Shown: positions 40,352 through 50,621, counted from the first letter of the stretch. The stretch is 64,000 nucleotides of DNA from an uncultured Candidatus Saccharibacteria bacterium (GCA_964353135.1 CAYGTV010000002.1:1125-65124), one strand, 5' to 3'. Numbers and translations are program-made. The notes: generated by a model from the sequence alone, not told the origin.

Positions 40352-40906
40352 TTATGAAGGAAGTTCAATTAAAGCTGATAATGTTTTGAGCGCACGATGG
40401 TGTCGCACACGGACAGCTGATTCGGTCATTTGAATAAGTGAAGCAATTTCTTTGAAGGAGTACCGTGACCAGTGATGTAAGATAACAATTTCGCGAGTCT
40501 CGGATTCCAATTGTGCCAGAGCTCGCCTAATCTCATCCTGCGTCTCACTATTTTCAGAGACAGCGGAAATGGTGTTTTCATCGAGCAACACTGTTTGCTC
40601 ATCAAGACTTGTTTCCAAACGAGCGTACCACTTAGCTAATTTTCGTTTGGTGATCACAAAAACAAACGAATAAAACTGTGGGGCCGACTCATAGGTGAAA
40701 CTTGGTAGCGCTTTGTACAAATCGACAAACACCTCTTGAGTGAGGTCAAGAGCGTCATCTTCTCGTGAAGTTCTGTACTTTACATAGTTGTACACCTTAT
40801 CAACTAAGTGTTCATACAAAGCACGAAAAGCATCTGCCTCATTGGCGACGGCCCGTAGTACAAGGTCTTTTATTTCCTGTTCTTGCTCCATATTTACTTC
40901 ACTCAA
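40352..40906 (-). CDS. ECF RNA polymerase sigma factor
   Basis: AF..LY, DA.DLTQEVF, SFKEIA..., VRVRHHRAL region 4. Confidence 0.92.
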   Translation of the reverse strand: MSEVNMEQEQEIKDLVLRAVANEADAFRALYEHLVDKVYNYVKYRTSREDDALDLTQEVFVDLYKALPSFTYESAPQFYSFVFVITKRKLAKWYARLETSLDEQTVLLDENTISAVSENSETQDEIRRALAQLESETREIVILHHWSRYSFKEIASLIQMTESAVRVRHHRALKTLSALIELPS

Positions 40907-40947
40907 TCATACTATGGATAGATTTGCCCGAAACGTTACATTTTTCA

Positions 40948-41120
40948 ATTCTTTATAAAAGTTGGAATGTAGACAATTTCATCCTGTAATTGCTCAAACA
41001 CAGTTCGAACATCCTCTACGACGTCGCCCTACTGTCCTCGATTCTCTAGGGACTATATAAATAAAGATATTTTGGTTCGACTGTACGAGGTTCTTCGTGT
41101 TCCTACTGTCTGTAGTGGAA
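40948..41120. repeat. junction: arm B + core gtcgccc + arm Y
   Basis: Minus strand encodes GDVVEDVRTVFEQLQDEIVYIPTFIKN*; core at 41023-41029; arm Y abuts the SDR stop codon. Confidence 0.85.
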
Positions 41121-41894
41121 TCAAGCTTTTGTAGCCTCTGGAACAGGCTTTTTATTTAACTGACTAAATGCCAATTTTGGAGCGAGACGCTGCGACAGCT
41201 TAAGTAGTTTTGAAACACCAGGAGTAATTTCCACCTTGCCACGTATAAAGTCATTCCAGAATATATCAGCCAGTTTTTCAGTAGGCATTGGTTTGAGTAT
41301 ATCGTCGCTCAAATCAGCTTCTTTAGCTAATTTGGTATCAACGACAGGGGGCAATAGTTCAACCACCTTAATACCATGTAAAGCTAACTGGGGTCGGATA
41401 GCCATACTCCAGAAATGCATAGCTGCTTTAGTGCCAGAATACACCGGCGCTTGTGCATATGGCACATAGGCAAGCCCGGAAGAAGTATTTACCAGGACCG
41501 GATTTTGACTGACCTTGAGTTGCGGCAAGAAGTAATGCAGCATTCGCACAGGGGAGCTAAAGTTGATATCAATTTCAGTTAGTTGTGCAGTGAGGTCACT
41601 GCCTTCAGCTCCAGCGTCCATCAGCTTCATAATTCCAGCGTTGTTCATCAGAATATCTACCCCGCCAAATTGAGTTTGGATGTGTTCGGCCAGTGCCTTG
41701 ATGTCTGCTTCAGACGTCACATCACTACGCATAATATTAATTTCAGGTAGTTCACTTTTAACTTGCTGAAGTTTTTCTTGACTGAGTCCGGTCACGATAA
41801 CTGTGTTGTTGTGCTCAAGGAATTTCTTGGCGATAGCTAGCCCGATACCCGAGCTTCCACCAGTAATCAAAACGACGTTGTTAGATGTTTTCAT
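41121..41894 (-). CDS. short-chain dehydrogenase (DltE-like)
   Basis: TGGSSGIG, NNAG, YSGTK, ELLPPVVDT. Confidence 0.92.
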   Translation of the reverse strand: MKTSNNVVLITGGSSGIGLAIAKKFLEHNNTVIVTGLSQEKLQQVKSELPEINIMRSDVTSEADIKALAEHIQTQFGGVDILMNNAGIMKLMDAGAEGSDLTAQLTEIDINFSSPVRMLHYFLPQLKVSQNPVLVNTSSGLAYVPYAQAPVYSGTKAAMHFWSMAIRPQLALHGIKVVELLPPVVDTKLAKEADLSDDILKPMPTEKLADIFWNDFIRGKVEITPGVSKLLKLSQRLAPKLAFSQLNKKPVPEATKA

Positions 41895-42027
41895 AGGTTA
41901 TGTAATTTATTAGTATTATCTATTTTTTATAAAGTGTGCAATCACGTCTTTTCTAAACAGCAACAGTAGTGCTAGCAGCTGGAACACATAGTGCTCGAGA
42001 GACAGTAGGTGCCCAGTGTTTTAGGTC

Positions 42028-42732
42028 CTATTTAGTAACGAATACTGAGGGTATGCTTGGTGTCTGCAAAACTCTAGTGATGAGATATACGTGGATAAAT
42101 ATTGCTAGAGGCACTTGGAAAATAGAAATTATCGTCAGTGGTGGCATCGCCATCGCAGTAGGTTCAGGCACAAGCTGTATCAGACCAAGGAACGATAGTC
42201 CGACTATGGTAAATGCTACAGCAAAGTCTAATAGACCGAAACCACACCAGCCGACAACAAACAATTTTTCTTTTATCGACTTGTGATACAGCAGCCACGC
42301 TATTACTACTGCGCTACTTGCAACCAGTAAGTCATATACTCCACTGACAAAACCAACTTCAAACGGTAAGGCTCCTTGGAAATAATAAAAGAGAAAAGCG
42401 AGGCCTACTATGCGATATGCTTGGGTACTGACAAGTACCCAAGTCGGCACAGCATCCAAAAAGTTTTTAAATGCTGAACTTTTTTGCCAAGCTATAAATA
42501 GACCAGCTAGAGGAATCATTAGCAAGATGCTGAAGAACATAAATCCTATCAGATCACCAGACTGCCATTCTCCTTTGACTTGTAGGTATGGGATTTGCGC
42601 CAAACCAACTGCGAGGACTAACCACGCTAGTACCAAATAACTTACAGCTCGTAACTTATTCCAACTATAGGCCGCAATCAGCCCTGTTACCACCAACCCT
42701 ATAGCTATAATCGCTAATGCTCCTACATTCAT
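42028..42732 (-). CDS. multi-pass membrane protein
   Basis: Q.YR..G, G..D, FGLLD, P..VP...H pattern. Confidence 0.7.
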   Translation of the reverse strand: MNVGALAIIAIGLVVTGLIAAYSWNKLRAVSYLVLAWLVLAVGLAQIPYLQVKGEWQSGDLIGFMFFSILLMIPLAGLFIAWQKSSAFKNFLDAVPTWVLVSTQAYRIVGLAFLFYYFQGALPFEVGFVSGVYDLLVASSAVVIAWLLYHKSIKEKLFVVGWCGFGLLDFAVAFTIVGLSFLGLIQLVPEPTAMAMPPLTIISIFQVPLAIFIHVYLITRVLQTPSIPSVFVTK

Positions 42733-42735
42733 ATG

Positions 42736-43230
42736 TTACATATTATTTTTAAGTCTGCGACTCAGCAACAAGTAGAAAATATAGAAGTGACTAATAAAGG
42801 CCGCCACTCCATACGTCACAAACATAAGCCAAATAAAGCCTAAGTTCTGGTTGTATAGTTCTAATGCAAAGAATTGCGGGAACGCATTAATCAAATCAGT
42901 GAACCCAACGATATTAAATACCCAAACCAAAACGATGGCTGACTGCCACTTCCCCTTCAAAGCGATAGCTGCAATAATCGCTAAAATACTTGTAGCCAGA
43001 TCCCACAAACCAACAGTAGTTAAAAACTCAATCGGGAAACCTCCGTAAAACTGTTCTGTTGCCATAAAAGACAACCCAACATACCGAAAGGCATTAAAGA
43101 AGACAAACGGCAGTAACGCATCGTAAAGAGATAGTTTTATTACTCGAGGATGAATCCACCATTTTAGCGCTAAGAAAATAGAAATCGCTCCAACTATTGC
43201 TTGAATATTAATGATTAAAAAATTACTCAT
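42736..43230 (-). CDS. membrane protein, distant paralog-like to the previous gene
   Basis: FRYVGL, GLWD, VWVFNIVG..D. Confidence 0.7.
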   Translation of the reverse strand: MSNFLIINIQAIVGAISIFLALKWWIHPRVIKLSLYDALLPFVFFNAFRYVGLSFMATEQFYGGFPIEFLTTVGLWDLATSILAIIAAIALKGKWQSAIVLVWVFNIVGFTDLINAFPQFFALELYNQNLGFIWLMFVTYGVAAFISHFYIFYLLLSRRLKNNM

Positions 43231-43232
43231 AA

Positions 43233-43718
43233 CTATTCATAATTAACGTTATTTTTGTGTTGTCCGACCCGACTAGCATCGTAAGCTTTGAGAGCAAACA
43301 CCGCTGAGCAAAGAGTAATCACAACCCGTACCCAGTGCATAAAGAGCCACATACTGAGATTACTCGCTACGTCTGCCACTGCAATACTTTGATCCATAAA
43401 CTTTAGATTTAATGGCAAATGATAGCCAGCTGTTTGAACATTTACAATCAATAACGCAATTACTACATATGACCAGTATCTTCTTGTTTGTGTACCTTTT
43501 GGACTGGTGAAAAAAAGATAGATAGATCCTAGAAATGCTGGTAGCAGTGTGACCATAGTTGGTGCTAGTAAAAGTGGAAAATCAATTGCGAAGCTTTCCA
43601 TAAACGCAACTGGCTCTAGGCTCTGCCAGTGCAGACCGTAGCTGAGCCCAATATTAATCATGTTTCCAGCAAAAGCGCCGATAGCGATGATAACTACGTA
43701 AGGAATATATTTTTTCAT
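43233..43718 (-). CDS. DUF1772/anthrone oxygenase-like membrane protein
   Basis: T..YHLPLN, W...HWVR. Confidence 0.75.
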   Translation of the reverse strand: MKKYIPYVVIIAIGAFAGNMINIGLSYGLHWQSLEPVAFMESFAIDFPLLLAPTMVTLLPAFLGSIYLFFTSPKGTQTRRYWSYVVIALLIVNVQTAGYHLPLNLKFMDQSIAVADVASNLSMWLFMHWVRVVITLCSAVFALKAYDASRVGQHKNNVNYE

Positions 43719-43805
43719 TATGTAATATTACTTGCAAATCAATAGTAATACAAGACATTACCTGTATAAAAGAATACTTGCACGTTATACTGATGCTACG
43801 TAAAT

Positions 43806-44228
43806 ATGAAGAAATTCCGTTCCAACTGCCCTATCGCTTCAACGCTTGATCTTATTGGAGATAAGTGGACACTATTGCTTGTGCGAGATATGCTCATGGG
43901 TCATAAAAAAACCTTTAAAGAATTTTCTAATTCTGCAGAGCGTATAGCCCCAAATATTTTGACCGTTCGGCTCAAGCAACTAGAGCAATTTGGTATTGTC
44001 ACCAAGCAAAAACTACCGACCAACAAGAAGGAGAACATATATCTACTAACCAAAGCCGGCATAGCCCTCGCACCCGCTATAATCGATCTTGCTTTTTGGG
44101 GTAGTGAGTACGCAAAAAAATATAATGATACGATTCCTACTCCAAAGCAACTTGGTTTTACCAGTAACAAAACACAACTAGTGAAAAAGATACGATCTGA
44201 TTACTTGTTGATGGTTAATTCTTTATAA
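43806..44228 (+). CDS. HxlR-family transcriptional regulator
   Basis: RSNCPI...LD.IGDKWTLL.RD, RLKQLE, YLLT.AG; divergent from the SDR operon. Confidence 0.92.
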   Translation: MKKFRSNCPIASTLDLIGDKWTLLLVRDMLMGHKKTFKEFSNSAERIAPNILTVRLKQLEQFGIVTKQKLPTNKKENIYLLTKAGIALAPAIIDLAFWGSEYAKKYNDTIPTPKQLGFTSNKTQLVKKIRSDYLLMVNSL

Positions 44229-44320
44229 TCATACGTACTTAGAAACGTTCATCAGATGGTTTGAGATAAACATGAGCCGACAGTCAATTTGGCAAACATC
44301 CCCCTTGCTTCACACAACTA

Positions 44321-44365
44321 CCTACTGAACTAGTGGGACTACTTTCTTTCCCCTGACCTGAAACA
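44321..44365. repeat. degenerate partial arm A
   Basis: cctac..actagtggga.tactttc..ccc..acctgaaaca resembles the start of arm A. Confidence 0.55.
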
Positions 44366-44372
44366 GCTTTAG

Positions 44373-46271
44373 GTGTTATATACTAAACTGGTGACCCTTC
44401 GTAAGAAATTACTCTTAGCACTGCTATTTATAACGTCTCTAGTTATTGTATTTTTAGTATTGATTTCAACTGACCTGTTTGACCCCAAACCAATCATGCC
44501 TATATCGCCAACCGCGGACTATCTAGATCCAACACTGCCGATTGAAACTCGGGTGGCTGATCTGTTGTCCTATATGACCCTCGAAGAAAAACTGGGGCAA
44601 ATGGCGTTGGTAGAAAAAAATAGTCTGGATGAATTGAGCGATATACAGGACTATTACCTCGGTGCGCTTTTGAGTGGCTCTGGTGCTAAACCGGAAGAAA
44701 ATACTATGTCAGGCTGGAAACAAATGACTGATACTTATCAAGCCGAGGCAGCGAAATCGAGACTTGGTATTCCCCTACTGTATGGTTCGGATGCCATTCA
44801 TGGACATGCCCATGTTCCTGGGACGACCGTGTTTCCTCATGCAATCGGGCTCGGAGCAGCTAATAATCCACAATTGGTACAAGAAATAGCGGCTGAAACT
44901 GCAGAGCAAATGTCAGCCACCGGCGTGAACTGGAATTTTGCGCCCAACCTAGACGCACCACAAGACATTCGCTGGGGTCGAGTGTACGAGACTTATTCTG
45001 ATGACCCTGCCTTGGTTTCAAAGCTGGGTGCTGCCTTTGTAACTGGGCTACAATCCTCTGAGCAACACCGGGTCCTCGCCACTCCAAAACACTTTGTCGG
45101 ACTCGGTGGAATGGGTTGGAACACCTCACTAAATGAAAACTTTACAATCGACCAAGGAGTTACAGTTGCTGATGAAACCCTGCTGAACGAAGTGTATCTA
45201 CCCCCTTTTGCTGCCGCAGTTGACGCTGGTGCTTTGAGTATTATGGTCGGACTCAACACCTGGGATGATACCAAAACTGTGCGAGACAAGCAGCTGTTGA
45301 CTAACGTTTTAAAAAACCAACTAGGATTCACAGGCTTTATTGTCTCTGACTGGTACGGTGTACATGAAGGAGTGTGGAATGATTTTATTGCCACCGTCAC
45401 AGCGGTAAACGCTGGTGTTGATATGGTTATGCTGCCGTTTGATTACCAGGAATTTGTTCGGCATATGAAATGGGCTAACCGTCTTGGTTTGGTGTCTGAT
45501 AAACGAATTGAGGATGCGGTGAGTAGAATCTTGTACGCTAAATTTGCACTTGGATTATTTGATACACCGGAAACTAATGACACCGCTACAGAACTTGAAA
45601 ATGAATCTCATCAAACGTTGGCCCGCACAGCGGTAGCTGAATCACTCGTTTTATTAAAAAATGAATCTGCGTTGCTACCAATCAGTCCAACAACCAATAA
45701 GATTCGGGTAGCGGGAAGCGCAGCTGATAATGTTGGTAAACAAATGGGTGCCTGGAGTATTGAGTGGCAGGGTGTTGACGGTAACTGGCCACCGAACTCA
45801 ACCTCTATTCTGGAGGGTATCAAAGAAGTAGCTCCGCTACGTACGGAAATTGAATATGCTGAAACCGGAGTCTTTGACCCAAATACGCCAAAAGCAGACA
45901 TCGGTATTGCTGTAGTTGGTGAACCACCATACGCTGAAGGCTGGGGCGACAATCCCTACCCCACCCTGAGTGAAAACGATCTAAACACCATTACAAACCT
46001 TCGATCTACTAGTAAAGCGGTGGTGGTAATCCTTGTCACTGGCCGACCTCTAATCATTACTAACGAGATCGAGGACTGGGATGCGCTGGTGGCTGCGTGG
46101 TTACCTGGCAGTGACGGAGCTGGCGTAGCTGATGTTCTATTTGGGAGAAAACCTTTTACTGGAACACTGCCGCTACCGTGGCCTTCCTATATTGATCAAC
46201 TCCCTATCACCACAGATGGTAAGACGAATGACGGTAGTGATGTGCTCTTCCCGCGGTATTTTGGTCTCTAG
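44373..46271 (+). CDS. GH3 beta-glucosidase, membrane anchored
   Basis: MTLEEKLGQM, DAIHGH, RWGRVYE, KHFVG, VSDW nucleophile, VLLKN, AWLPG. Confidence 0.93.
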   Translation: MLYTKLVTLRKKLLLALLFITSLVIVFLVLISTDLFDPKPIMPISPTADYLDPTLPIETRVADLLSYMTLEEKLGQMALVEKNSLDELSDIQDYYLGALLSGSGAKPEENTMSGWKQMTDTYQAEAAKSRLGIPLLYGSDAIHGHAHVPGTTVFPHAIGLGAANNPQLVQEIAAETAEQMSATGVNWNFAPNLDAPQDIRWGRVYETYSDDPALVSKLGAAFVTGLQSSEQHRVLATPKHFVGLGGMGWNTSLNENFTIDQGVTVADETLLNEVYLPPFAAAVDAGALSIMVGLNTWDDTKTVRDKQLLTNVLKNQLGFTGFIVSDWYGVHEGVWNDFIATVTAVNAGVDMVMLPFDYQEFVRHMKWANRLGLVSDKRIEDAVSRILYAKFALGLFDTPETNDTATELENESHQTLARTAVAESLVLLKNESALLPISPTTNKIRVAGSAADNVGKQMGAWSIEWQGVDGNWPPNSTSILEGIKEVAPLRTEIEYAETGVFDPNTPKADIGIAVVGEPPYAEGWGDNPYPTLSENDLNTITNLRSTSKAVVVILVTGRPLIITNEIEDWDALVAAWLPGSDGAGVADVLFGRKPFTGTLPLPWPSYIDQLPITTDGKTNDGSDVLFPRYFGL

Positions 46272-46334
46272 ACCAAACCCAGCATAAAATAAGACACTTC
46301 CTTGTTGGGAAGTGTCTTATTTTATATAAGCGAT

Positions 46335-47174
46335 CTACTCTGCGTACCAATCGAGGACCTGTACCTCGATGTTTTTGTTTCCAGCTTCAACCAATTCTTT
46401 GAACCGGTCAACGTCACTAAACCCGTCACGTCCACGGAAGTGATACGGGTACACTGCCCGAGGAGTAAACGCTAGTACTGCCTCGGCCGCATCATCTACA
46501 TCCATGGTAAATGGTAGGTTCATTGAAATAAATGCCACATCAATGTTTTCAAGTGCTCGCATTTCTGGTGTGCCTTCGGTGTCACCAGAGAAGTACACCC
46601 GTGATGAACCATCATCGATCACTACCCCAATGTCACCACGTGATTGTGGATGGAAATCCTGTGCCTCGGGTCGGACGTTGTAGGCAGCAACCCCCTCTAG
46701 TGTGAACACACCAATGTTTGTAGTTTCACCTGGTGCCAATGCCTGCACAGTTGCGACAATCCCTGCTGGCAATTGGTCAATGACGTCTTGCGGAGCAACT
46801 AAAATAGTTGATTCGCTCAACATAGCTGGGAGGTTTTCCGGATCAAAGTGATCACCATGACGATGGGTAACAAACACAATGTCTGGCATACCGTACGTTG
46901 TATATAAGTCAGCTTCACCTACCGGGTCAGCAAAAATGAGCGTGTCTCCCCACTCCACCACCGCTGATGCATGAGAGATCGGTGTAATAGCAACACCAGG
47001 AGCGATAGCAACAGTTCCTGAGTTGTCACCTACAGCACTCTGCTCATCTGTATTTTTATCCTGCATGTATGATCCTTTTGAATCCTTACCATCGTATGAC
47101 CCTTGGGTAGCTACCATGAATCCTGCGCCAACCAATAATCCTCCCACCGCTGCTCCAATTACGTATTGCTTCAT
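46335..47174 (-). CDS. MBL-fold metallo-hydrolase, exported
   Basis: THRHGDHFD, SGDT, YPYH. Confidence 0.88.
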   Translation of the reverse strand: MKQYVIGAAVGGLLVGAGFMVATQGSYDGKDSKGSYMQDKNTDEQSAVGDNSGTVAIAPGVAITPISHASAVVEWGDTLIFADPVGEADLYTTYGMPDIVFVTHRHGDHFDPENLPAMLSESTILVAPQDVIDQLPAGIVATVQALAPGETTNIGVFTLEGVAAYNVRPEAQDFHPQSRGDIGVVIDDGSSRVYFSGDTEGTPEMRALENIDVAFISMNLPFTMDVDDAAEAVLAFTPRAVYPYHFRGRDGFSDVDRFKELVEAGNKNIEVQVLDWYAE

Positions 47175-47195
47175 ATACTTTGTTTCGGTTATCTC

Positions 47196-47804
47196 TTATA
47201 ATGTTCTTAGTAATTCCCCCATCAGACTAATCTCGGCAGTCTGGGTTTCCATAATCGCGTCAGCCATATCAGTTACCTCTTGATGTTCAATATATGGTCG
47301 TACACTTTGCGCCATCATGATTGCTCCCATATGGTGTGGAATCATGTCCTGTAGAAATCGCTCGTCCAGGTCAGCGCCTGAGAGTTGCGACAAGTCGCGC
47401 ATCATTGGTTCGTATGAGTCATCTGCTACGTACTCTTCCCCGTACCAATCGAGGTGCCATTGTTTCAGCATCGCGATTTCGCGTTCCTGAGCTTCAACAA
47501 TCCCAGAAGCTAACGTACGAATGGCTTCGGTCGAGCCACCACGAGCCAGTACTTCCTTGGCCGTATCTACCGCTTCTTGGTGATGAGGGATCATCCCAGT
47601 TACAAATTCACGCTCACTTGAAACCATCATCATAGAGTGGTCCATGCCACCCATATTCCCCATTGGCATATCGTCATGATCATCATGATCCATCATCTCG
47701 TGATCCATATGATCCATACCATACTCAGAGTCGATTAGTGAGTAGCCGATAATTCCCCCAATCAATAGGGCAATAACTGCAATCAATACTGTGTTTTGTT
47801 TCAT
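47196..47804 (-). CDS. DUF305 (CopM-like) Met/His-rich protein
   Basis: Two MIPHH repeats; Met/His-rich linker. Confidence 0.9.
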   Translation of the reverse strand: MKQNTVLIAVIALLIGGIIGYSLIDSEYGMDHMDHEMMDHDDHDDMPMGNMGGMDHSMMMVSSEREFVTGMIPHHQEAVDTAKEVLARGGSTEAIRTLASGIVEAQEREIAMLKQWHLDWYGEEYVADDSYEPMMRDLSQLSGADLDERFLQDMIPHHMGAIMMAQSVRPYIEHQEVTDMADAIMETQTAEISLMGELLRTL

Positions 47805-47832
47805 ATATACGTAATACTACTATAAGTTTATT

Positions 47833-48927
47833 TTATTTCGCTTGTTCACAAGCTTTCCAGTACGCAAAAAAGCTTTTGTAGTAGCCGCTGACAGCTGGAA
47901 ATAGTTTTGGTGCGGCTTCTAATGTGGCAAATGAAGACCACGTCTGATTGGTTTGATGAGAACGAGCATAGACAGAGGTTGCTTCTGTGATACCTGGAAT
48001 ATCTAACGCACTACCGACAAAGACTTCGAGGCTTTCAATCACCGCCTTACCTTGTTCCAAAATAAATTGCATTACCAGCTCGCTTACTGATAGTCGGTCA
48101 AACCACGCTGAATCAATCACGAGAATCCGGCGCGCTTGCTCCTTTGATCGATAAGTCGGATCCAGCGTCCACGGGGTGTACAGTACAACCGCTTCCCCAC
48201 GTACACTGGTATTTACAGTAGATTCAGGATAGGTAGTGCTGAGTTCAAATGGCTGATGAGTCTCAAGGATGTCAGGTAACTGTTGATTCATCATCGTCTC
48301 CCGGTCAAAGGTTAGGATGCTACGGATTTGGTTGTGATCACTGCAGCCATTAATCAATTTTTGATTCACCGTATAGGGATCAGTTTTGCTCGTCCCAGCT
48401 ACCCATTGCCACGAACAAAAATTAGACGCCGGGTCGCCATCAGCCAGGTGATAGTACAACCACCGACCCATGGAGTGCCAGTGCGCTTTTGCTAGATTAC
48501 ACGCTACACTCGCCACCCACATCCGCGCATGATTATGCATGTAGCTAGTTTCATATAGTTCTCTAATTGCTTGGTCGAGCACTTCTACCCCAGTGTTAGC
48601 CTCAATCAGCGATGTTACCAATTCCTCGTGTCGCCAGTCATTTCGTGTAAACCGTAAATCAGCAAACATCTCATCACCCTTCTCCCACCACACTTCCTGG
48701 AAGTACTCCCGCCAGGCTAGTTCCTGGATAAGCTTTTCACAGTCTTTGGCAGAATGATTTTGTAGCAGTCGATCTCGCAAGTCAGGTAAGGTGATCACTC
48801 CCCGGGTGATATAAGGCGACAATTTAGTAACCGCGCCACTGAGGTGGTTGCGGGTTTTGGCATACGCTACTGGATCAATTTGATCAATGTAATCAAACAG
48901 CTCTGATTTAGTTTTTGGTTCTATCAT
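47833..48927 (-). CDS. photolyase-related FAD-binding protein
   Basis: [43 protein letters not shown]. Confidence 0.85.
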   Translation of the reverse strand: MIEPKTKSELFDYIDQIDPVAYAKTRNHLSGAVTKLSPYITRGVITLPDLRDRLLQNHSAKDCEKLIQELAWREYFQEVWWEKGDEMFADLRFTRNDWRHEELVTSLIEANTGVEVLDQAIRELYETSYMHNHARMWVASVACNLAKAHWHSMGRWLYYHLADGDPASNFCSWQWVAGTSKTDPYTVNQKLINGCSDHNQIRSILTFDRETMMNQQLPDILETHQPFELSTTYPESTVNTSVRGEAVVLYTPWTLDPTYRSKEQARRILVIDSAWFDRLSVSELVMQFILEQGKAVIESLEVFVGSALDIPGITEATSVYARSHQTNQTWSSFATLEAAPKLFPAVSGYYKSFFAYWKACEQAK

Positions 48928-49067
48928 AATTTTGGTTTTTGTTTGCGACAACGATCAGAGCAATAAATCACCTGCTCCCATTGTCCGCGAGCTTTCCAGC
49001 TCTTTCGATTAGAAAACAGGCGCTTACACACAGGACAGATTTTAGTTTCAGTCACTTTGGCTGTCAT
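48924..49067 (-). CDS. DUF2256 small zinc-finger protein
   Basis: KICPVC.R.F..RK.W...W..V.YCSDRCR. Confidence 0.85.
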   Translation of the reverse strand: MTAKVTETKICPVCKRLFSNRKSWKARGQWEQVIYCSDRCRKQKPKL

Positions 49068-49091
49068 AGTGTCTCTAGTATACTCACCAAT

Positions 49092-50561
49092 ATGAAAGAA
49101 GCGACTGTTATCTATCCGCATCAATTGTTTACACAACATCCTGGGCTCAAGGCCGGTCGAGTAGTGTACCTCGTAGAAGAACCACTACTGATAACGGAAT
49201 TCCCCACCCACCGACAAAAACTACTTCTGCATCGACTGTCGATGCAGGCGTATAAAACTAACCTGGAAAAAGCTGGGTATGAGGTGAAGTATCTTGATAT
49301 ACACAATCTAACTGACACCAACTCAGTATTTAAAATAATTAGTGATGACGATGTCACCAATCTACATTTAGCAGACACAACGGACGATTATCTGGAGCGA
49401 CGCATTCACACAGCTACTGATAATTACGGATTTGAGCTGAGTCGATACGAATCACCTTTATTTCTTCTTGGAAAAGAAGAAGCGGTCGAACGATATGAGA
49501 AATCCAAAAAACATATGGCGGCGTTTTATAAACAAATCCGTCGCGATAAAAATATCCTGATTGATACTGACGGCGAACCAACTGGCGGCAAGTGGAGTTT
49601 TGACGAAGACAACCGTAAAAAACTTCCAAAGAAAATCGAACTCCCAGCAGACATTACTTTTTTTGAAAATAATGACGTTCAGAGTGCAAAAACGTGGCTG
49701 GAGAAAATTGAGGCTGAACTATACGGAGAAACCAACGTATGGCTTCCTTACACTCACGGAGCTGCCCTGGAGCTATTACAAACATTCTTGCGGGAGCGAT
49801 TTTCTAACTTCGGTACCTACGAAGATGCCCTCACAACCACTCATACTCGAGTGTTCCACTCTACTATCTCCCCTCTCTTAAACATCGGACTGCTGACTCC
49901 CCAGCAAGTCGTGGACGAGACTTTGGCGTATGCAGATGAAAACAACATTGCCTTAAACAATCTCGAAGGCTTTATCCGGCAAATTGTTGGTTGGCGTGAA
50001 TTTATTCGCGCTTCTTATGAATGTGACGGATCAAACATGCGTACCCAGAACTTTTGGAAACATAAACGCACACTTCCACATTCTTTTTGGAATGCAACTA
50101 CTAACGTCGAACCAATTGATCACTGCATACAAACCGCTCTGACCTATGGATACAACCACCACATCGAGCGACTGATGGTACTGGGTAACTTTATGTTACT
50201 CACCGAAATCCATCCCGACGATGTATACCGCTGGTTTATGGCGATGTACGTCGATTCGTATGACTGGGTCATGGTGCCAAACGTGTATGGTATGAGTCAG
50301 TTTGCCGACGGCGGATCATTTGCTACCAAACCATATATCTCTGGAAGCAACTACCTCAAAAAAATGTCCGATTACAAATCAGGCGACTGGGAAGAAACCT
50401 GGACCGCTTTATATTGGCGGTTTATCGGCACTCATCGAGAGTTTTTTATGTCGAACCATCGCCTCTCGATGATGCCGCGCTTGCTTGAAAAAATGTCCGA
50501 CGAGAAAAAAGAAAACTTTCAGACTGTCAGTGCCGAGTATTTCGCCAATCAAAAATCATAA
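49092..50561 (+). CDS. bacterial cryptochrome/(6-4) photolyase family (PhrB/CryB-like)
   Basis: [55 protein letters not shown]. Confidence 0.92.
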   Translation: MKEATVIYPHQLFTQHPGLKAGRVVYLVEEPLLITEFPTHRQKLLLHRLSMQAYKTNLEKAGYEVKYLDIHNLTDTNSVFKIISDDDVTNLHLADTTDDYLERRIHTATDNYGFELSRYESPLFLLGKEEAVERYEKSKKHMAAFYKQIRRDKNILIDTDGEPTGGKWSFDEDNRKKLPKKIELPADITFFENNDVQSAKTWLEKIEAELYGETNVWLPYTHGAALELLQTFLRERFSNFGTYEDALTTTHTRVFHSTISPLLNIGLLTPQQVVDETLAYADENNIALNNLEGFIRQIVGWREFIRASYECDGSNMRTQNFWKHKRTLPHSFWNATTNVEPIDHCIQTALTYGYNHHIERLMVLGNFMLLTEIHPDDVYRWFMAMYVDSYDWVMVPNVYGMSQFADGGSFATKPYISGSNYLKKMSDYKSGDWEETWTALYWRFIGTHREFFMSNHRLSMMPRLLEKMSDEKKENFQTVSAEYFANQKS

Positions 50562-50621
50562 ACAGTGCCAACAGATCATTAACAAACGGCTGGTATACTA
50601 ATGGGTAATTGCACCTAATTT

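Noticed and set aside
31526-41120. CRISPR array or classical integron attC sites
   Set aside because: Spacing is kilobases and irregular, there are no cas or intI genes, and there is no RYYYAAC/GTTRRRY attC architecture. The cores match the tRNA 3' end instead.
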